A stretch of 36,849 nucleotides of DNA, taken from IMG/VR virus record IMGVR_UViG_3300025841_000012, positions 1-36,849 of that record. One strand, 5' to 3'. The notes beneath the pieces are model-generated. The model made no database searches, was not told the DNA's origin, and saw nothing but the letters and a program-made list of their open reading frames with translations. Shown here one piece after another: positions 34,105-36,849 of the stretch. The translations under genes were made by a program, and so were the position numbers. The DNA comes from a virus (lineage: Duplodnaviria > Caudoviricetes). Numbering within the stretch: position 1 is the stretch's first letter; each line of letters starts with the position of its first letter.

Positions 34105-34139
34105 GGCAATTCCTGCAATGCGTGTGATGTTGATTATTT

Positions 34140-34171
34140 TTTTCTACGCTAATTATATTTTTATTTCAAGC
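34140..34171 (-). promoter_or_regulatory. Candidate promoter upstream of portal: GCTTGAAA-N14-GCG-TAGAAAA
   Basis: Intergenic and AT-rich; same anchors and spacing as 22373-22404. Confidence 0.55.
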
Positions 34172-34173
34172 GA

Positions 34174-35508
34174 TTATGCAGATTGCGCCGTGCCTGAATT
34201 GCTTGTTATATTTTTAAGCCGGTCTCGCCAGTTCTTTTCTGGCTTGGCTTGTGCTTTTGGTTCTTCGTGCGCTACGCACATTAAGCCAAAAGCGTCTGCA
34301 CCATGACTCGCCCAATCATGCTCAGGTCCAAGGCCGATATTGCGCGTCTCGTCCTTTTTTTCGTGATACCAGCCCAGTGCATCCAACCCTGGCGCGCACT
34401 TCTCTTCGTCAAACCACATCGCACCGAATAAGCGACGACCTTCCTCGATCCTCGCCTTGGCTGCACCTTTACCCTGATTTGGAATTACCGTCACCGTATA
34501 ACCGACAGCTTCAAGCGAGCTTTCGTATGACACGTCATTTATGCGATCCTGCGTCTTTCCATCGTGAGGCAACCAGATTTGCGCCTTGTCAGGTGTATAT
34601 CCCTGTTCACGCAGCCAAATAACATGCGCCGACAGGGGTTGTCCGACCACCTCATAGTAATTCAGTACCCTGATTTCCTTGCCGATAAACTGCGCAGCCC
34701 ACATCGCGAAAGCGTCTGCACGCGCTCCAGTGCCGCCGATGTCGCAGAACAGTCGTATTGTCATCAGCGGGTCAGCAGTCACACGACCTATACGCCGTTG
34801 CAGTTTGGCAGCGGTGATTCCTGCGGCGTAATACGCTCCGGCTAGAACAGTGATGTAGCTGCCTCCCCAGATGTAATCGTAGGTGTCAGGACGCTCTGCT
34901 AAATCTTTAAGGCGTAACCGCTCCAGAATGGCAGGAAACCACGGATTATCACTCCAGTTCATTTCCGCCACTTTAACGCTAGCGTCTTTACTATTCCTAA
35001 AACGCAGATCAGTCGCGCTACCCTTGCGCTTAGGGTTCCATGTTACCCATAGCTCAGAATCTTCTTCGCGTAGTGTCGGAATCAGCACCTGCCATGCCTC
35101 TTCCGTGACTGGCTCTGCCTCATCCACCCAGCACAACAATATGCGCGACTTGGATTTGACTGAGTCGATATTCCGGTCAAGCCCGGCAAACTTGTATTCC
35201 ACACGTCCGCATTTGGTTCTGATGTACTTCTCGCCTATGTCGTAAAACTTAGCAAGCCACGGCTCAGACTTGATCGCAGCCTTGATTTCTTCCATTGAGC
35301 TATCATCGAGCGAGTTCATAAACTGCCTGCCGCACAGGATAATTCCTTCGCGTCCAGCCTTAGCCCATATATAACCGCGCACCGCCGTCATCTTGGCAAA
35401 CGTGCGCGTTTTCGCAGAGCCGCGTCCGCCATGCGCGCCGCGAATGGTTGCCTTACCATCAAAAATAGGGATTAGTTTCGGTGGGATTTCAAGCCGACGA
35501 GTGGTCAT
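34174..35508 (-). CDS. terL: Terminase large subunit (PBSX/Terminase_3-type ATPase + RNase H-like nuclease), 444 aa
   Basis: Walker A GGRGSAKT, Walker B WVDEAE, TWNP, DNPWFP; nuclease motifs CDIG, LPHD and HGADAF. Confidence 0.95.
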   Translation of the reverse strand: MTTRRLEIPPKLIPIFDGKATIRGAHGGRGSAKTRTFAKMTAVRGYIWAKAGREGIILCGRQFMNSLDDSSMEEIKAAIKSEPWLAKFYDIGEKYIRTKCGRVEYKFAGLDRNIDSVKSKSRILLCWVDEAEPVTEEAWQVLIPTLREEDSELWVTWNPKRKGSATDLRFRNSKDASVKVAEMNWSDNPWFPAILERLRLKDLAERPDTYDYIWGGSYITVLAGAYYAAGITAAKLQRRIGRVTADPLMTIRLFCDIGGTGARADAFAMWAAQFIGKEIRVLNYYEVVGQPLSAHVIWLREQGYTPDKAQIWLPHDGKTQDRINDVSYESSLEAVGYTVTVIPNQGKGAAKARIEEGRRLFGAMWFDEEKCAPGLDALGWYHEKKDETRNIGLGPEHDWASHGADAFGLMCVAHEEPKAQAKPEKNWRDRLKNITSNSGTAQSA

Positions 35509-35592
35509 TTCAACACACTTTCCATGGTCGGCACCAGGTTGATCTCGTAGATGGCAGCATATTACTATAATTTTTTTCCATGCGATTAGTTA

Positions 35593-35898
35593 TCACGTCA
35601 TGATATGCCTAGTTATGCCAGGTGTTGGGTAACTAACTCCGGCTGGCAATGGAATTTTTTTTTCGACTGCCGGATTTTCTGTAATTTTTTCCGTCATGAA
35701 TCCTGTGCCTTTATTTTTACCGCCACTTGCGCGGATAAAATCAACCTCAACTTTTGCGCTGTTGATGATGGTCTGGGCTAATTCCGACTTGGCTTTCGCC
35801 AGCGCTATATCTTCTGCGCTTGCTCCAACTTTAAGCGCGAGCAGCGATTCAAACAAGATGTTGCGCAGGGTGGCGATGTTGTTAGTTTTTTGTGGCAT
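35593..35898 (-). CDS. Hypothetical phage protein usually paired with the upstream HNH-like gene (101 aa)
   Basis: Likely start ATG 35898 (MPQKTNNIATLRNILFESL...AKAKSELAQTIINSAKVEVDF) after AAGGA; the track extends it to 35961. Confidence 0.8.
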   Translation of the reverse strand: MPQKTNNIATLRNILFESLLALKVGASAEDIALAKAKSELAQTIINSAKVEVDFIRASGGKNKGTGFMTEKITENPAVEKKIPLPAGVSYPTPGITRHIMT

Positions 35899-36550
35899 GA
35901 TTTTTTTCCTTTTTATTGATTTGACGGTTAAGCGCGCCGCGCAGTTGTATAAGCGTGGCAATCTCTTTTGGGTAATTATGATAACTATTTCTTTTCATGT
36001 TTTCTGCACGGCTGATACAGGCAAGGTTTTCGATAACGATATTTGATTTATTCCCATCCTTGAAAATAATGCAATGGTTTTTTGGGATTGCTCCGTTGTG
36101 CGACATCCATAACAAAACATGGACATAGACATAATCGCGTTGCGTGCATCCGGTGGAGGTAATTTTTCTGCGCAGATACCCATCGGCAGATATTGATTCA
36201 TAGCCTATTGGATGCGCGTTGTGAGGTGGGTGGCCTTTTTTGAAACAGGTTTCTTTTGATCTTCCACCAGCGAAAAAATGCCTCCCTTTATTCCATGCCT
36301 CCTGCCCTTTAACAAAACGCGTCCTCTTTCCTTGTTCGCAAGACAGTCTACCGGAATCTGGTGATTTTAGAAATTCAGCAGATTTTGCCAGTTTTAGCTC
36401 ACTGGCTTTTGAATAAATCGAGTGGCGTGCTCGGCCAATTATATCAACCAGGCGACATGCGCGCGTGTCAGGATAATACTTTCGCAACAACTCAATCTGT
36501 TCGGGCGACCAAAATTGCCGTGGTGGCCTGATATTGCGAGATTTAGTCAT
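35882..36550 (-). CDS. HNH_3-like protein with an N-terminal helical DNA-binding region (222 aa)
   Basis: WSPEQIELLRKYYP, FVKGQEAWNKG, FKKGHPPHN, DGYL, VHVLLW...IFKDGNKSN...NLACISRAEN. Confidence 0.85.
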   Translation of the reverse strand: MTKSRNIRPPRQFWSPEQIELLRKYYPDTRACRLVDIIGRARHSIYSKASELKLAKSAEFLKSPDSGRLSCEQGKRTRFVKGQEAWNKGRHFFAGGRSKETCFKKGHPPHNAHPIGYESISADGYLRRKITSTGCTQRDYVYVHVLLWMSHNGAIPKNHCIIFKDGNKSNIVIENLACISRAENMKRNSYHNYPKEIATLIQLRGALNRQINKKEKNHATKN

Positions 36551-36588
36551 GTCTTATCCCCTATATATTTCAGATTCGCGGTTCATTT

Positions 36589-36771
36589 TCAGCTCTTCCA
36601 CCGACTTGCCATATCAGTGTGGATTCTATCCATATCATCTTTTGCGAGTTCCGGCGTGGCAAATATGTTAGATGGATGAACAATATCGCTAGGGCGCGTC
36701 ATAGGACTTGCTTTATTCCATGCGGATGTGTCGCATAGACGATTACCGCGCGACATTGATGTTGAAATCAC
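36589..36771 (-). CDS. Hypothetical protein (60 aa)
   Basis: GTG start overlaps the TGA of the upstream partial gene (GTGA). No recognisable motif. Confidence 0.4.
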   Translation of the reverse strand: MISTSMSRGNRLCDTSAWNKASPMTRPSDIVHPSNIFATPELAKDDMDRIHTDMASRWKS

Positions 36772-36849
36772 CTACCCCTAGAGTTCCATTCTTTGAGCAT
36801 CGCCAGTATTTCCACTTCTGGAAGTGTGTCTCCCCATGAACCAAGTATC
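36768..36849 (-). CDS. 3' end of a small phage hypothetical protein (...ILGSWGDTLPEVEILAMLKEWNSRGR*), 5' part outside the window
   Basis: Hand translation, open to the window edge. GSWGDTL..E.L..L..WN looks like a conserved small-protein motif. Confidence 0.6.
   Translation of the reverse strand, partial: ILGSWGDTLPEVEILAMLKEWNSRGR

Noticed and set aside
12762-36679. Plus-strand ORFs opposite the structural genes
   Set aside because: All overlap well-supported minus-strand genes and have shadow-like composition.
1-36849. CRISPR array, tRNA/rRNA, IS element, integrase/att site, DGR
   Set aside because: No regularly spaced repeats, RNA-gene signatures, transposase, integrase or reverse transcriptase motifs were seen by eye. 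Whether this is a prophage or a free phage cannot be determined from the window.

Overview
The window is the virion morphogenesis operon of a tailed dsDNA (pro)phage of podovirus type, encoded entirely on the minus strand. Read right to left it contains: a partial small gene, an HNH-like gene and its partner, terminase large subunit, P22-like portal, scaffold, N4-gp56-type major capsid protein, head decoration/adaptor/nozzle and tail-associated genes, and three putative ejection (internal virion) proteins. A 5.8-kb six-gene fibre-like module follows, then a giant polyvalent protein gene (>=3,919 aa) that runs off the left edge and is therefore missing from the ORF track. Its domains are a DarB-like N6-adenine MTase and SNF2-type helicase, an HExxxH metallopeptidase, a ParB-like domain and an LPD38-like C-terminus. 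The most unusual signal is a hidden second layer of coding inside the ejection/polyvalent genes. A 92-aa gene with its own -35/-10 promoter and GGAGG RBS is fully nested in the +1 frame of the giant gene. Further +1-frame micro-ORFs have good RBSs, and a promoter-like motif (TTG-N17-GCGYAG) is shared between intergenic sites and sites inside coding sequence. The ParB-like domain is bracketed by in-frame 39-bp direct repeats. Family assignments come from motif recognition, not database searches.
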